A stretch of DNA of 64,000 bases from positions 9,805,200 to 9,869,199 of the forward strand of contig CM082593.2 of assembly GCA_040954595.2 (NCBI GenBank), in the 5' to 3' direction. The notes under the pieces were generated by a model. The model saw only the letters and a program-made list of their open reading frames with translations, was not told the origin of the DNA and did not search any database. Shown one piece after another: positions 25,001 to 40,287 of this stretch (the stretch's first letter is position 1; each line of letters starts with the position of its first letter). Origin of the DNA: Balanoglossus misakiensis. Lineage: Eukaryota > Animalia > Hemichordata. The translations under genes and the position numbers were made by a program.

Positions 25001-28000
25001 TTCTTTGCATCAGGGCAAATGGCGAAGCAAGGTTGATGATGCATCAAGGTAGATAGTGATGCAATCACTTCACTTTGACATGGGTATTAAATGCATATGG
25101 GGATTTCAAGTTGATGATAAATCCCTGGGTTAATACGTGTCCAAAAGCACTGTACTTTGACATTGCTAATGTAACGATGACATTGAATATGATTCTTTGC
25201 ATCAGGGTAAATGGCGTAGCAAGGTTGATTATGCATCAGGGTAGATAGTGATGCAAGCTCTGCACTTTGACATGGGTATAAAATGCCTACAGGGGGATTT
25301 ACAGTTGTCTGTAAATCCCTGGGTTAATACGTGTCCAAAAGCACTGTACTTTGACATTGCTAATGCAACGATGACATTGAATCTGATTCTTTGCATCAGG
25401 GTAAATGGCGAAGCAAGGTTGATTATGCATCAGAGTAGATGGTGATGCAAACTCTGCACTTTCACATGGGTATTTAATGTTAAATGTAAATCCATAGGTT
25501 AATACGTGGCCAAAAGCACTCTAATTTGACATTGCTAATGCAACGATGACATTGAATCTGATTCTTTGCATCAGGGCAAATGGCGAAGCAAGGTTGATGA
25601 TGCATCAAGGTAGATAGTGATGCAATCACTTCACTTTGACATGGGTATTAAATGCATATGGGGATTTCAAGTTGATGATAAATCCCTGGGTTAATACGTG
25701 TCCAAAAGCACTGTACTTTGACATTGCTAATGTAACGATGACATTGAATATGATTCTTTGCATCAGGGTAAATGGCGTAGCAAGCTTTATGATGCATCAG
25801 GGTAGATAGTGATGCAAACACTTCACTTTGACATGGGTATTAAATGCATATGGGGATTTCAGGTTGTTGAAAAATCTGTGGGTTAATACGTGTCAAAAAG
25901 CACTGTCCTTTGACATTGCTAATGCAATGATGACATTGAATCTGATTCTTTGCATCAGGGTAAATGGCGTAGCAAGCTTTATGATGCATCAGGATAGATA
26001 GTGATGCAAACACTTCACTTTGACATGGGTGTAAAATGCCTACAGGGGGATTTAAAGTTGTCTGTAAATCCCTGGGTTAATACGTGTCCAAAAGCACTGT
26101 ACTTTGACATTGCTAATGCAACGATGACATTGAATCTGATTCTTTGCATCAGGGTAAATGGCGAAGCAAGGTTGATGATGCATCAGGGTAGATAGTGATG
26201 CCAGCTCTGCACTTTGACATGGGTATAAAATGCCTACTGGGGGATTTAAAGTTGTCTGTAAATCCCTGGGTTAATACGTGGCGGAAAGCACTGTACTTTG
26301 ACATTGCATATGCAATGGTGACATTGAATGGGATTCTTTGCATTAGGGCAAATGGCGAAGCAAGCTCAATGATGCATCAGAGTAGATGGTGATGCAAACT
26401 CTGCACTTTCACATGGGTATTTAATGTTAAATGTAAATCCATAGGTTAATACGTGGCCAAAAGCACTCTAATTTGACATTGCTAATGCAACGATGACATT
26501 GAATCTGATTCTTTGCATCAGGGCAAATGGCGAAGCAAGGTTGATGATGCATCAGGGTAGATAGTGATGCAATCACTTCAATTTGACATGGGTATTAAAT
26601 GCATATGGGGATTTCAAGTTGATGATAAATCCCTGGGTTAATATGTGTCCAAAAGCACTGTACTTTGACATTGCTAATGTAACGATGACATTGAATCTGA
26701 TTCTTTGCATCAGGGTAAATGGCGTAGCAAGCTTTATGATGCATTAGGGTAGATAGTGATGCAAACACTTCACTTTGACATGGGTATTAAATGCATATGG
26801 GGATTTCAGGTTGTTGAAAAATCTGTGGGTTAATACGTGTCGAAAAGCACTGTACTTTGACATTGCTAATGCAATGATGACATTGAATCTGATTCTTTGC
26901 ATCAGGGTAAATGGCGAAGCAAGGTTGATTATGCATCAGGGTAGATAGTGATGCAAGCTCTGCACTTTGACATGGGTATAAAATGCCTACAGGGGGATTT
27001 AAAGTTGTCTGTAAATCCCTGGGTTAATACGTGGCGGAAAGCACTGTACTTTGACATTGCATATGCAATGGTGACATTGAATGGGATTCTTTGCATTAGG
27101 GCAATTGGCGAAGCAAGCTCAATGATGCATCAGAGTAGATGGTGATGCAAACTCTGCACTTTCACATGGGTATTTAATGTTAAATGTAAATCCATAGGTT
27201 AATACGTGGCCAAAAGCACTCTAATTTGACATTGCTAATGCAACGATGACATTGAATCTGATTCTTTGCATCAGGGCAAATGGCGAAGCAAGGTTGATGA
27301 TGCATCAAGGTAGATAGTGATGCAATCACTTCACTTTGACATGGGTATTAAATGCACATGGGGATTTCAGGTTGTTGAAAAATCTGTGGGTTAATACGTG
27401 TCCAAAAGCACTGTACTTTGACATTGCTAATGCAACAATGACATTGAATCTGATTCTTTGCATCAGGGTAAATGGCGTAGCAAGCTTTATGACGCATCAG
27501 GGTAGATAGTGATGCAAACACTTCACTTTGACATGGGTATTAAATGCATATGGGGATTTCAGGTTGTTGAAAAATCTGTGGGTTAATACGTGTCCAAAAG
27601 CACTGTACTTTGACATTGCTAATGCAATGATGACATTGAATCTGATTCTTTGCATCAGGGTAAATGGCGTAGCAAGCTTTATGACGCATCAGGGTAGATA
27701 GTGATGCAAACACTTCACTTTGACATGGGTATAAAATGCCTACAGGGGGATTTAAAGTTTTCTGTAAATCCCTGGGTTAATACGTGTCCAAAAACACTGT
27801 ACTTTGACATTGCTAATGCAGCGATGACATTGAATCTGATTCTTTGCATCAGGGTAAATGGCGAAGCAAGGTTGATGAAGCATCAGGGTAGATAGTGATG
27901 CAAGCTCTGCACTTTGACATGGGTATAAAATGCCTACAGGGGGATTTAAAGTTGTCTGTAAATCCCTGGGTTAATACGTGGCTGAAAGCACTGTACTTTG

Positions 28001-31000
28001 ACATTGCATATGCAATGGTGACATTGAATGGGATTCTTTGCATTAGGGCAAATGGCGAAGCAAGCTCAATGATGCATCAGAGTAGATGGTGATGCAAACT
28101 CTGCACTTTCACATGGGTATTTAATGTTAAATGTAAATCCATAGGTTAATACGTGGCCAAAAGCACTCTAATTTGACATTGCTAATGCAACGATGACATT
28201 GAGTCTGATTCTTTGCATTAGGGTAAATGGCGAAGCAAGGTTGATGATGCATCAGGGTAGATAGTGATGCAATCACTTCACTTTGACATGGGTATTAAAT
28301 GCATATGGGGATTTCAAGTTGATGATAAATCCCTGGGTTAATACGTGTCCAAAAGCACTGTACTTTGACATTGCTAATGCAACGATGACATTGAATCTGA
28401 TTCTTTGCATCAGGGTAAATGGCGTAGCAAGCTTTATGATGCATCAGGGTAGATAGTGATGCAAACACTTCACTTTGACATGGGTATTAAATGCATATGG
28501 GGATTTCAGGTTGTTGAAAAATCTGTGGGTTAATACGTGTCCAAAAGCACTGTACTTTGACATTGCTAATGCAACGATGACATTGAATCTGATTCTTTGC
28601 ATCAGGGTAAATGGCGAAGCAAGGTTGATGAAGCATCAGGGTAGATAGTGATGCAAGCTCTGCACTTTGACATGGCCATAAAATGCCTACAGGGGGATTT
28701 AAAGTTGTCTGTAAATCCCTGGGTTAATACGTGGCGGAAAGCACTGTACTTTGACATTGCATATGCAATGGTGACATTGAATGGGATTCTTTGCATTAGG
28801 GCAAATGGCGAAGCAAGCTCAATGATGCATCAGAGTAGATGGTGATGCAAACTCTGCACTTTCACATGGGTATTTAATGTTAAATGTAAATCCATAGGTT
28901 AATACGTGGCCAAAAGCACTCTAATTTGACATTGCTAATGGAACGATGACATTGAATCTGATTCTTTGCATCAGGGCAAATGGCGAAGCAAGGTTGATGA
29001 TGCATCAGGGTAGATAGTGATGCAATCACTTAACTTTGACATGGGTATTAAATGCATATGGGGATTTCAAGTTGATGATAAATCCCTGGGTTAATACGTG
29101 TCCAAAAGCACTGTACTTTGACATTGCTAATGCAACGATGACATTGAATCTGATTCTTTGCATCATGGTAAATGGCGTAGCAAGCTTTATGATGCATCAG
29201 GGTAGATAGTGATGCAAACACTTCACTTTGACATGGGTATTAAATGCATATGGGGATTTCAGGTTGTTGAAAAATCTTTGGGTTAATACGTGTCGAAAAG
29301 CACTGTACTTTGACATTGCTAATGCAATGATGACATTGAATATGATTCTTTGCATCAGGGTAAATGGCGTAGCAAGCTTTATGATGCATCAGGGTAGATA
29401 GTGTTGCAAACACTTCACTTTGACATGGGTATAAAATGCCTACAGGGGGATTTAAAGTTGTCTGTAAATCCCTGGGTTAATACGTGTCCAAAAGCACTGT
29501 ACTTTGACATTGCTAATGCAACGATGACATTGAATCTGATTCTTTGCATCAGGGTAAATGGCGAAGCAAGGTTGATTATGCATCAGGGTAGATAGTGATG
29601 CAAGCTCTGCACTTTGACATGGGTTTAAAATGCCTACAGGGGGATTTAAAGTTGTCTGTAAATCCCTGGGTTAATACGTGGCGGAAAGCACTGTACTTTG
29701 ACATTGCATGGCGAAGCAAGCTCAATGATGCATCAGAGTAGATGGTGATGCAAACTCTGCACTTTCACATGGGTATTTAATGTTAAATGTAAATCCATAG
29801 GTTAATACGTGCCAAAAGCACTCTAATTTGACATTGCTAATGCAACGATGACATTGAATCTGATTCTTTGCATCAGGCCAAATGGCGAAGCAAGGTTGAT
29901 GATGCATCAGGATAGATAGTGATGCAATCACTTCACTTTGACATGGGTATAAAATGCCTACAGGGGGATTTAAAGTTGTCTGTAAATCCCTGGGTTAATA
30001 CGTGTCCAAAAGCACTGTACTTTGACATTGCTAATGCAACGATGACATTGAATCTGATTCTTTGCATCAGGGTAAATGGCGAAGCAAGGTTGATTATGCA
30101 TCAGGGTAGATAGTGATGCAAGCTCTGCACTTTGACATGGGTTTAAAATGCCTACAGGGGGATTTAAAGTTGTCTGTAAATCCCTGGGTTAATACGTGGC
30201 GGAAAGCACTGTACTTTGACATTGCATGGCGAAGCAAGCTCAATGATGCATCAGAGTAGATGGTGATGCAAACTCTGCACTTTCACATGGGTATTTAATG
30301 TTAAATGTAAATCCATAGGTTAATACGTGCCAAAAGCACTCTAATTTGACATTGCTAATGCAACGATGACATTGAATCTGATTCTTTGCATCAGGCCAAA
30401 TGGCGAAGCAAGGTTGATGATGCATCAGGATAGATAGTGATGCAATCACTTCACTTTGACATGGGTATTAAATGCATATGGGGATTTCAAGTTGATGATA
30501 AATCCCTGGGTTAATACGTGTCCAAAAGCACTGTACTTTGACATTGCTAATGTAACGATGACATTGAATCTGATTCTTTGCATCAGGGTAAATGGCGTAG
30601 CAAGCTTTATGATGCATCAGGGTAGATAGTGATGCAAACACTTCACTTTGACATCGGTATTAAATGCATATGGGGATTTCAGGTTGTTGAAAAATCTGTG
30701 GGTTAATACGTGTCGAAAAGCACTGTACTTTGACATTGCTAATGCAATGATGACATTGAATCTGATTCTTTGCATCAGGGTAAATGGCGTAGCAAGCTTT
30801 ATGATGCATCAGGGTAGATAGTGATGCAAACACTTAACTTTGACATGAGTATTAAATGCATATGGGGATTTCAGGTTGTTGAAAAATCTGTGGGTTAATA
30901 CGTGTCCAAAAGCACTGTACTTTGACATTGCTAATGCAACGATAACATTGAATCTGATTCTTTGCATCAGGGTAAATGGCGTAGCAAGCTTTATGATGCA

Positions 31001-34000
31001 TCAGGGTAGATAGTGATGCAAACACTTCACTTTGACATGGGTATAAAATGCCTACAGGGGGATTTAATGTTGTCTGTAAATCCCTGGGTTATTACGTGTC
31101 CAAAAACACTGTACTTTGACATTGCTAATGCAGCGATGACATTGAATCTGATTCTTTGCATCAGGGTAAATGGCGAAGCAAGGTTGATGAAGCATCAGGG
31201 TAGATAGTGATGCAAGCTCTACACTTTGACATGGCCATAAAATGCCTACAGGGGGATTTAAAGTTGTCTGTAAATCCCTGGGTTAATACGTGGCGGAAAG
31301 CACTGTACTTTGACATTGCATATGCAATGGTGACATTGAATGGGATTCTTTGCATTAGGGCAAATGGCGAAGCAAGCTCAATGATGCATCAGAGTAGATG
31401 GTGATGCAAACTCTGCACTTTCACATGGGTATTTAATGTTAAATGTAAATCCATAGGTTAATACGTGGCCAAAAGCACTCTAATTTGACATTGCTAATGG
31501 AACGATGACATTGAATCTGATTCTTTGCATCAGGGCAAATGGCGAAGCAAGGTTGATGATGCATCAGGGTAGATAGTGATGCAATCACTTAACTTTGACA
31601 TGGGTATTAAATGCATATGGGGATTTCAAGTTGATGATAAATCCCTGGGTTAATACGTGTCCAAAAGCACTGTACTTTGACATTGCTAATGCAACGATGA
31701 CATTGAATCTGATTCTCTGCATCAGGGCAAATGGCGAAGCAAGGTTGATGATGCATCAGGGTAGATAGTGATGCAATCACTTCACTTTTACATTGGTATT
31801 AAATGCATATGGGGATTTCAAGTTGATGATAAATCCCTGGGTTAATACGTGTCCAAAAGCACTGTACTTTGACATTGCTAATGCAACGATGACATTGAAT
31901 CTGATTCTTTGCATCAGGGTATATGGCGTAGCAAGCTTTATGATGCATCAGGGTAGATAGTGATGCAAACACTTCACTTTGACATGGGTATAAAATGCCT
32001 ACAGGGGGATTTAAAGTTGTCTGTAAATCCCTGGGTTAATACGTGGCTGAAAGCACTGTACTTTGACATTGCATATGCAATGGTGACATTGAATGGGATT
32101 CTTTGCATTAGGGCAAATGGCGAAGCAAGCTCAATGATGCATCAGAGTAGATGGTGATGCAAACTCTGCACTTTCACATGGGTATTTAATGTTAAATGTA
32201 AATCCATAGGTTAATACGTGGCCAAAAGCACTCTAATTTGACATTGCTAATGGAACAATGACATTGAATCTGATTCTTTGCATCTGGGCAAATGGCGAAG
32301 CAAGGTTGATGATGCATCAGGGTAGATAGTGATGCAATCACTTCACTTTGACATGGGTATTAAATGCATATGGGGATTTCAAGTTGATGATAAATCCCTG
32401 GGTTAATACGTGTCCAAAAGCACTGTACTTTGACATTGCTAATGTAACGATGACATTGAATCTGATTCTTTGCATCAGGGTAAATGGCGTAGCAAGCTTT
32501 ATGATGCATCAGGGTAGATAGTGATGCAAACACTTCACTTTGACATGGGTATTAAATGCATATGGGGATTTCAGGTTGTTGAAAAATCTGTGGGTTAATA
32601 CGTTTCGAAAAGCACTGTACTTTGACATTGCTAATGCAATGATGACATTGAATCTGATTCTTTGCATCAGGGTAAATGGCGAAGCAAGGTTGATTATGCA
32701 TCAGGGTAGATAGTGATGCAAGCCCTTCACTTTGACATGTGTATAAAATGCCTACAGGGGGATTTAAAGTTGTCTGTAAATCCCTGGGTTAATACGTGTC
32801 CAAAAGCACTGTACTTTGACATTGCTAATGCAACGATGACATTGAATCTGATTCTTTGCATCAGGGTAAATGGCGAAGCAAGGTTGATTATGCATCAGGG
32901 TAGATAGTGATGCAAGCTCTGCACTTTGACATGGGTATAAAATGCCTACAGGGGGATTTAAAGTTGTCTGTAAATCCCTGGGTTAATATGTGGCGGAAAG
33001 CACTGTACTTTGACATTGCATATGCAATGGTGACATTGAATGGGATTCTTTGCATTAGGGCAAATGGCGAAGCAAGCTCAATTATGCATCAGGGTAGATG
33101 GTGATGCAAACTCTGCACTTTCACATGGGTATTTAATGTTAAATGTAAATCCATAGGTTAATACGTGGCCAAAAGCACTCTAATTTGACATTGCTAATGG
33201 AACGATGACATTGAATCTGATTCTTTGCATCATGGCAAATGGCGAAGCAAGGTTTATGATGCATCAGAGTAGATAGTGATGCAATCACTTCACTTTGACA
33301 TTGGTATTAAATGCATATGGGGATTTCAAGTTGATGATAAATCCCTGGGTTAATACGTGTCCAAAAGCACTATAATTTGACATTGCTAATGCAACGATGA
33401 CATTGAATCTGATTCTTTGCATCAGGGTAAATGGCGTAGCAAGCTTTATGACGCATCAGGGTAGATAGTGATGCAAACACTTCACTTTGACATGGGTATA
33501 AAATGCCTACAGGGGGATTTAAAGTTGTCTGTAAATCCCTGGGTTAATACGTGGCTGAAAGCACTGTACTTTGACATTGCATATGCAATGGTGACATTGA
33601 ATGGGATTCTTTGCATTAGGGCAAATGGCGAAGCAAGCTCAATGATGCATCAGAGTAGATGGTGATGCAAACTCTGCACTTTCACATGGGTATTTAATGT
33701 TAAATGTAAATCCATAGGTTAATACGTGGCCAAAAGCACTCTAACTGTGCACTTTCACATGGGTATTTAATGTTAAATGCATCAGGGTAGATAGTGATGC
33801 AATCACTTCACTTTGACATTGGTATTAAATGCATATGGGGATTTCAAGTTGATGATAAATCCCTGGGTTAATACGTGTCCAAAAGCACTGTACTTTGACA
33901 TTGCTAATGCAACGATGACATTGAATCTGATTCTTTGCATCAGGGTATATGGCGTAGCAAGCTTTATGATGCATCAGGGTAGATAGTGATGCAAACACTT

Positions 34001-37000
34001 CACTTTGACATGGGTATTAAATGCATATGGGGATTTCAGGTTGTTGAAAAATCTGTGGGTTAATACGTGTCCAAAAGCACTGTACTTTGACATTGCTAAT
34101 GCAACGATGACATTGAATCTGATTCTTTGCATCAGGGTAAATGGCGAAGCAAGGTTGATTATGCATCAGGGTAGATAGTGATGCAAGCTCTGCACTTTGA
34201 CATGGGTATAAAATGCCTACAGGGGGATTTAAAGTTGTCTGTAAATCCCTGGGTTAATATGTGGCGGAAAGCACTGTACTTTGACATTGCATATGCAATG
34301 GTGACATTGAATGGGATTCTTTGCATTAGGGCAAATGGCGAAGCAAGCTCAATTATGCATCAGAGTAGATGGTGATGCAAACTCTGCACTTTCACATGGG
34401 TATTTAATGTTAAATGTAAATCCATAGGTTAATACGTGGCCAAAAGCACTCTAATTTGACATTGCTAATGGAACGATGACATTGAATCTGATTCTCTGCA
34501 TCAGGGCAAATGGCGAAGCAAGGTTGATGATGCATCAGGGTAGATAGTGATGCAATCACTTCACTTTGACATGGGTATTAAATGCATATGGGGATTTCAA
34601 GTTGATGATAAATCCCTGGGTTAATACGTGTCCAAAAGCAATGTACTTTGACATTGCTAATGTAACGATGACATTGAATATGATTCTTTGCATCAGGGTA
34701 AATGGCGTAGCAAGCTTTATGATGCATCAGGGTAGATAGTGATGCAAACACTTCACTTTGACATGGGTATTAAATGCATATGGGGAATTCAGGTTGTTGA
34801 AAAATCTGTGGGTTAATATGTGTCGAAAAGCACTGTACTTTGACATTGCTAATGCAATGATGACATTGAATCTGATTCTTTGCATCAGGGTAAATGGCGT
34901 AGCAAGGTTTATGATGCATCAGGGTAGATAGTGATGCAAACACTTCACTTTGACATGGGTATAAAATGCCTACAGGGGGATTTAAAGTTGTCTGTAAATC
35001 CCTGGGTTAATACGTGTCCAAAAGCACTGTACTTTGACATTGCTAATGCAACGATGACATTGAATCTGATTCTTTGCATCAGGGTAAATGGCGAAGCAAG
35101 GTTGATGATGCATCAGGGTAGATAGTGATGCAAGCTCTGCACTTTGACATGGGTATAAAATGCCTACAGGGGGATTTAAAGTTGTCTGTAAATCCCTGGG
35201 TTAATACGTGGCGGATAGCACTGTACTTTGACATTGCATATGCAATGGTGACATTGAATGGGATTCTTTGCATTAGGGCAAATGGCGAAGCAAGCTCAAT
35301 GATGCATCAGAGTAGATGGTGATGCAAACTGTGCACTTTCACATGGGTATTTAATGTTAAATGTAAATCCATAGGTTAATACGTGGCCAAAAGCACTCTA
35401 ATTTGACATTGCTAATGCAACGATGACATTGAATCTGATTCTTTGCATCTGGGCAAATGGCGAAGCAAGGTTGATGATGCATCAGGGTAGATAGTGATGC
35501 AATCACTTCACTTTGACATGGGTATTAAATGCATATGGGGATTTCAAGTTGATGATAAATCCCTGGGTTAATACGTGTCCAAAAGCACTGCACTTTGACA
35601 TTGCTAATGTAACGATGACATTGAATCTGATTCTTTGCATCAGGGTAAATGGCGTAGCAAGCTTTATGATGCATCAGGGTAGATAGTGATGCAAACACTT
35701 CACTTTGACATGGGTATTAAATGCATATGGGGATTTCAGGTTGTTGAAAAATCTGTGGGTTAATACGTGTCGAAAAGCACTGTACTTTGACATTGCTAAT
35801 GCAATGATGACATTGAATCTGATTCTTTGCATCAGGGTAAATGGCGAAGCAAGGTTGATTATGCATCAGGGTAGATAGTGATGCAAGCCCTTCACTTTGA
35901 CATGTGTATAAAATGCCTACAGGGGGATTTAAAGTTGTCTGTAAATCCCTGGGTTAATACGTGTCCAAAAGCACTGTACTTTGACATTGCTAATGCAACG
36001 ATGACATTGAATCTGATTCTTTGCATCAGGGTAAATGGCGAAGCAAGGTTGATTATGCATCAGGGTAGATAGTGATGCAAGCTCTGCACTTTGACATGGG
36101 TATAAAATGCCTACAGGGAGATTTAAAGTTGTCTGTAAATCCCTGGGTTAATATGTGGCGGAAAGCACTGTACTTTGACATTGCATATGCAATGGTGACA
36201 TTGAATGGGATTCTTTGCATTAGGGCAAATGGCGAAGCAAGCTCAATTATGCATCAGAGTAGATGGTGATGCAAACTCTGCACTTTCACATGGGTATTTA
36301 ATGTTAAATGTAAATCCATAGGTTAATACGTGGCCAAAAGCACTCTAATTTGACATTGCTAATGGAACGATGACATTGAATCTGATTCTTTGCATCAGGG
36401 CAAATGGCGAAGCAAGGTTGATGATGCATCAGGGTAGATAGTTATGCAATCACTTCACTTTGACATTGGTATTAAATGCATATGGGGATTTCAAGTTGAT
36501 GATAAATCCCTGGGTTAATACGTGTCCAAAAGCACTGTACTTTGACATTGCTAATGCAATGATGACATTGAATCTGATTCTTTGCATCAGGGTAAATGGC
36601 GTAGCAAGCTTTATGATGCATCAGGGCAGATAGTGATGCAAACACTTCACTTTGTCATGGGTATTAAATGCATATGGGGATTTCAGGTTGTTGAAAAATC
36701 TGTGGGTTAATACGTGTCCAAAAGCACTGTACTTTGACATTGCTAATGCAACGATGACATTGAATCTGATTCTTTGCATCAGGGTAAATGTCGTAGCAAG
36801 CTTTATGACGCATCAGGGTAGATAGTGATGCAAACACTTCACTTTGACATGGGTATAAAATGCCTACAGGGGGATTTAAAGTTGTCTGTAAATCCCTGGG
36901 TTAATACGTGTCCAAAAACACTGTACTTTGACATTGCTAATGCAGAAATGACATTGAATCTGATTCTTTGCATCAGGGTAAATGGGGAAGCAAGGTTGAT

Positions 37001-40000
37001 GATGCATCAGGGTAGATAGTGATGCAAGCTCTGCACTTTGACATGTGTATAAAATGCCTACAGGGGGATTTAAAGTTGTCTGTAAATCCCTGGGTTAATA
37101 CGTGGCTGAAAGCACTGTACTTTGACATTGCATATGCAATGGTGACATTGAATGGGATTCTTTGCATTAGGGCAAATGGCGAAGCAAGCTCAATGATGCA
37201 TCAGAGTAGATGGTGATGCAAACTCTGCACTTTCACATGGGTATTTAATGTTAAATGTAAATCCATAGGTTAATACGTGGCCAAAAGCACTCTAATTTGA
37301 CATTGCTAATGGAACGATGACATTGAATCTGATTCTTTGCATCAGGGCAAATGGCGAAGCAAGGTTGATGATGCATCAGGGTAGATAGTGATGCAATCAC
37401 TTCACTTTGACATTGGTATTAAATGCATATGGGGATTTCAAGTTGATGATAAATCCCTGGGTTAATACGTGTCCAAAAGCACTGTACTTTGACATTGCTA
37501 ATGCAACGATGACATTGAATCTGATTCTTTGCATCAGGGTAAATGGCGTAGCAAGCTTTATGATGCATCAGGGCAGATAGTGATGCAAACACTTCACTTT
37601 GTCATGGGTATTAAATGCATATGGGGATTTCAGGTTGTTGAAAAATCTGTGGGTTAATACGTGTCCAAAAGCACTGTACTTTGACATTGCTAATGCAACG
37701 ATGACATTGAATCTGATTCTTTGCATCAGGGTAAATGGCGTAGCAAGCTTTATGATGCATCAGGGTAGATAGTGATGCAAACACTTCACTTTGTCATGGG
37801 TATTAAATGCATATGGGGATTTCAGGTTGTTGAAAAATCTGTGGGTTAATACGTGTCCAAAAGCACTGTACTTTGACATTGCTAATGCAACGATGACATT
37901 GAATCTGATTCTTTGCATCAGGGTAAATGGCGTAGCAAGCTTTATGACGCATCAGGGTAGATAGTGATGCAAACACTTCACTTTGACATGGGTATAAAAA
38001 GCCTACAGGGGGATTTAAAGTTGTCTGTAAATCCCTGGGTTAATACGTGTCCAAAAACACTGTACTTTGACATTGCTAATGCAGCGATGACATTGAATCT
38101 GATTCTTTGCATCAGGGTAAATGGCGAAGCAAGGTTGATTATGCATCAGGGTAGATAGTGATGCAAGCTCTGCACTTTGACATGGGTATAAAATGCCTAC
38201 AGGGGGATTTAAAGTTGTCTGTAAATCCCTGGGTTAATACGTGGCTGAAAGCACTGTACTTTGACATTGCATATGCAATGGTGACATTGAATGGGATTCT
38301 TTGCATTAGGGCAAATGGCGAAGCAAGCTCAATGATGCATCAGAGTAGATGGTGATGCAAACTCTGCACTTTCACATGGGTATTTAATGTTAAATGTAAA
38401 TCCATAGGTTAATACGTGGCCAAAAGCACTCTAATTTGACATTGCTAATGCAACGATGACATTGAATCTGATTCTTTGCATCTGGGCAAATGGCGAAGCA
38501 AGGTTGATGATGCATCAGGGTAGATAGTGATGCAATCACTTCACTTTGACATGGGTATTAAATGCATATGGGGATTTCAAGTTGATGATAAATCCCTGGG
38601 TTAATACGTGTCCAAAAGCACTGTACTTTGACATTGCTAATGTAACGATGACATTGAATCTGATTCTTTGCATCAGGGTAAATGGCGTAGCAAGCTTTAT
38701 GATGCATCAGGGTAGATAGTGATGCAAACACTTCACTTTGTCATGGGTATTAAATGCATATGGGGATTTCAGGTTGTTGAAAAATCTGTGGGTTAATACG
38801 TGTCCAAAAGCACTGTACTTTGACATTGCTAATGCAACGATGACATTGAATCTGATTCTTTGCATCAGGGTAAATGGCGTAGCAAGCTTTATGACGCATC
38901 AGGGTAGATAGTGATGCAAACACTTCACTTTGACATGGGTATAAAATGCCTACAGGGGGATTTAAAGTTGTCTGTAAATCCCTGGGTTAATACGTGTCCA
39001 AAAACACTGTACTTTGACATTGCTAATGCAGCGATGACATTGAATCTGATTCTTTGCATCAGGGTAAATGGGGAAGCAAGGTTGATGATGCATCAGGGTA
39101 GATAGTGATGCAAGCTCTGCACTTTGACATGTGTATAAAATGCCTACAGGGGGATTTAAAGTTGTCTGTAAATCCCTGGGTTAATACATGGCTGAAAGCA
39201 CTGTACTTTGACATTGCATATGCAATGGTGACATTGAATGGGATTCTTTGCATTAGGGCAAATGGCGAAGCAAGCTCAATGATGCATCAGAGTAGATGGT
39301 GATGCAAACTCTGCACTTTCACATGGGTATTTAATGTTAAATGTAAATCCATAGGTTAATACGTGGCCAAAAGCACTCTAATTTGACATTGCTAATGGAA
39401 CGATGACATTGAATCTGATTCTTTGCATCAGGGCAAATGGCGAAGCAAGGTTGATGATGCATCAGGGTAGATAGTGATGCAATCACTTCACTTTGACATT
39501 GGTATTAAATGCATATGGGGATTTCAAGTTGATGATAAATCCCTGGGTTAATACGTGTCCAAAAGCACTGTACTTTGACATTGCTAATGCAACGATGACA
39601 TTGAATCTGATTCTTTGCATCAGGGTAAATGGCGTAGCAAGCTTTATGATGCATCAGGGTAGATAGTGATGCAAACACTTCACTTTGTCATGGGTATTAA
39701 ATGCATATGGGGATTTCAGGTTGTTGAAAAATCTGTGGGTTAATACGTGTCCAAAAGCACTGTACTTTGACATTGCTAATGCAACGATGACATTGAATCT
39801 CATTCTTTGCATCAGGGTAAATGGCGTAGCAAGCTTTATGACGCATCAGGGTAGATAGTGATGCAAACACTTCACTTTGACATGGGTATAAAAAGCCTAC
39901 AGGGGGATTTAAAGTTGTCTGTAAATCCCTGGGTTAATACGTGTCCAAAAACACTGTACTTTGACATTGCTAATGCAGCGATGACATTGAATCTGATTCT

Positions 40001-40287
40001 TTGCATCAGGGTAAATGGCGAAGCAAGGTTGATTATGCATCAGGGTAGATAGTGATGCAAGCTCTGCACTTTGACATGGGTATAAAATGCCTACAGGGGG
40101 ATTTAAAGTTGTCTGTAAATCCCTGGGTTAATACGTGGCTGAAAGCACTGTACTTTGACATTGCATATGCAATGGTGACATTGAATGGGATTCTTTGCAT
40201 TAGGGCAAATGGCGAAGCAAGCTCAATGATGCATCAGAGTAGATGGTGATGCAAACTCTGCACTTTCACATGGGTATTTAATGTTAA

